A DNA stretch of 17,040 nucleotides from Calditrichaceae bacterium (GTDB lineage: Bacteria; Calditrichota; Calditrichia; Calditrichales; JBFXGD01): positions 10,181 to 27,220 of the forward strand of contig JBFXGD010000010.1 of NCBI GenBank assembly GCA_050178385.1. The letters are read 5' to 3'. Below, piece after piece: positions 16,979-17,040 of this stretch (within the stretch, counting starts at the first letter, position 1; each line of letters starts with the position of its first letter). Below the pieces are notes generated by a model. That model ran no database searches, was not told the origin of the DNA, and was given only the letters and a program-made list of their open reading frames with translations. The translations under genes were made by a program, and so were the position numbers.

Positions 16979-17014
16979 TGGAAATTAAAATCAGTTTAAA
17001 AATTTTAAATTCCA
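16979..17014. terminator. AT-rich inverted repeat just after the MFS stop (possible weak terminator)
   Basis: TGGAAATTAAAAT (16979-16991) / ATTTTAAATTCCA (17002-17014), 13 bp with one mismatch; no U-tract follows. Confidence 0.3.
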
Positions 17015-17040
17015 CCTGACACAGTAGTTTAATTATATGT

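Overview
A 17-kb stretch of mostly housekeeping bacterial chromosome with 12 supportable CDSs and no tRNA, rRNA, CRISPR array, integrase, transposase or defence system visible. Minus strand: MATE efflux pump, glucosylglycerate-synthase-like glycosyltransferase, unassigned zinc-ribbon/TM/coiled-coil protein, fused alpha/beta 2-oxoacid dehydrogenase E1. Plus strand: BCP/PrxQ peroxiredoxin, SDR, hflK-hflC, mitochondrial-type aconitase, mgsA. Then a convergent GAF-PAS hybrid histidine kinase and a divergent MFS transporter. Gene types and strong AGGAG ribosome-binding sites suggest an FCB-related lineage such as Calditrichota or KSB1 (inference only). I could not support a novel multi-gene system. 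The most interesting signals are small. The first 310 bp hold three unrelated repeat types (a TTGTCTGAAC-(TGATT)x4 motif, a GTAG REP-like hairpin, and 7-nt tandem arrays, one supplying the MATE stop codon). A hairpin overlaps the Shine-Dalgarno of the glycosyltransferase. The peroxiredoxin has two in-frame starts, each with its own SD, which could give exported and cytoplasmic isoforms.
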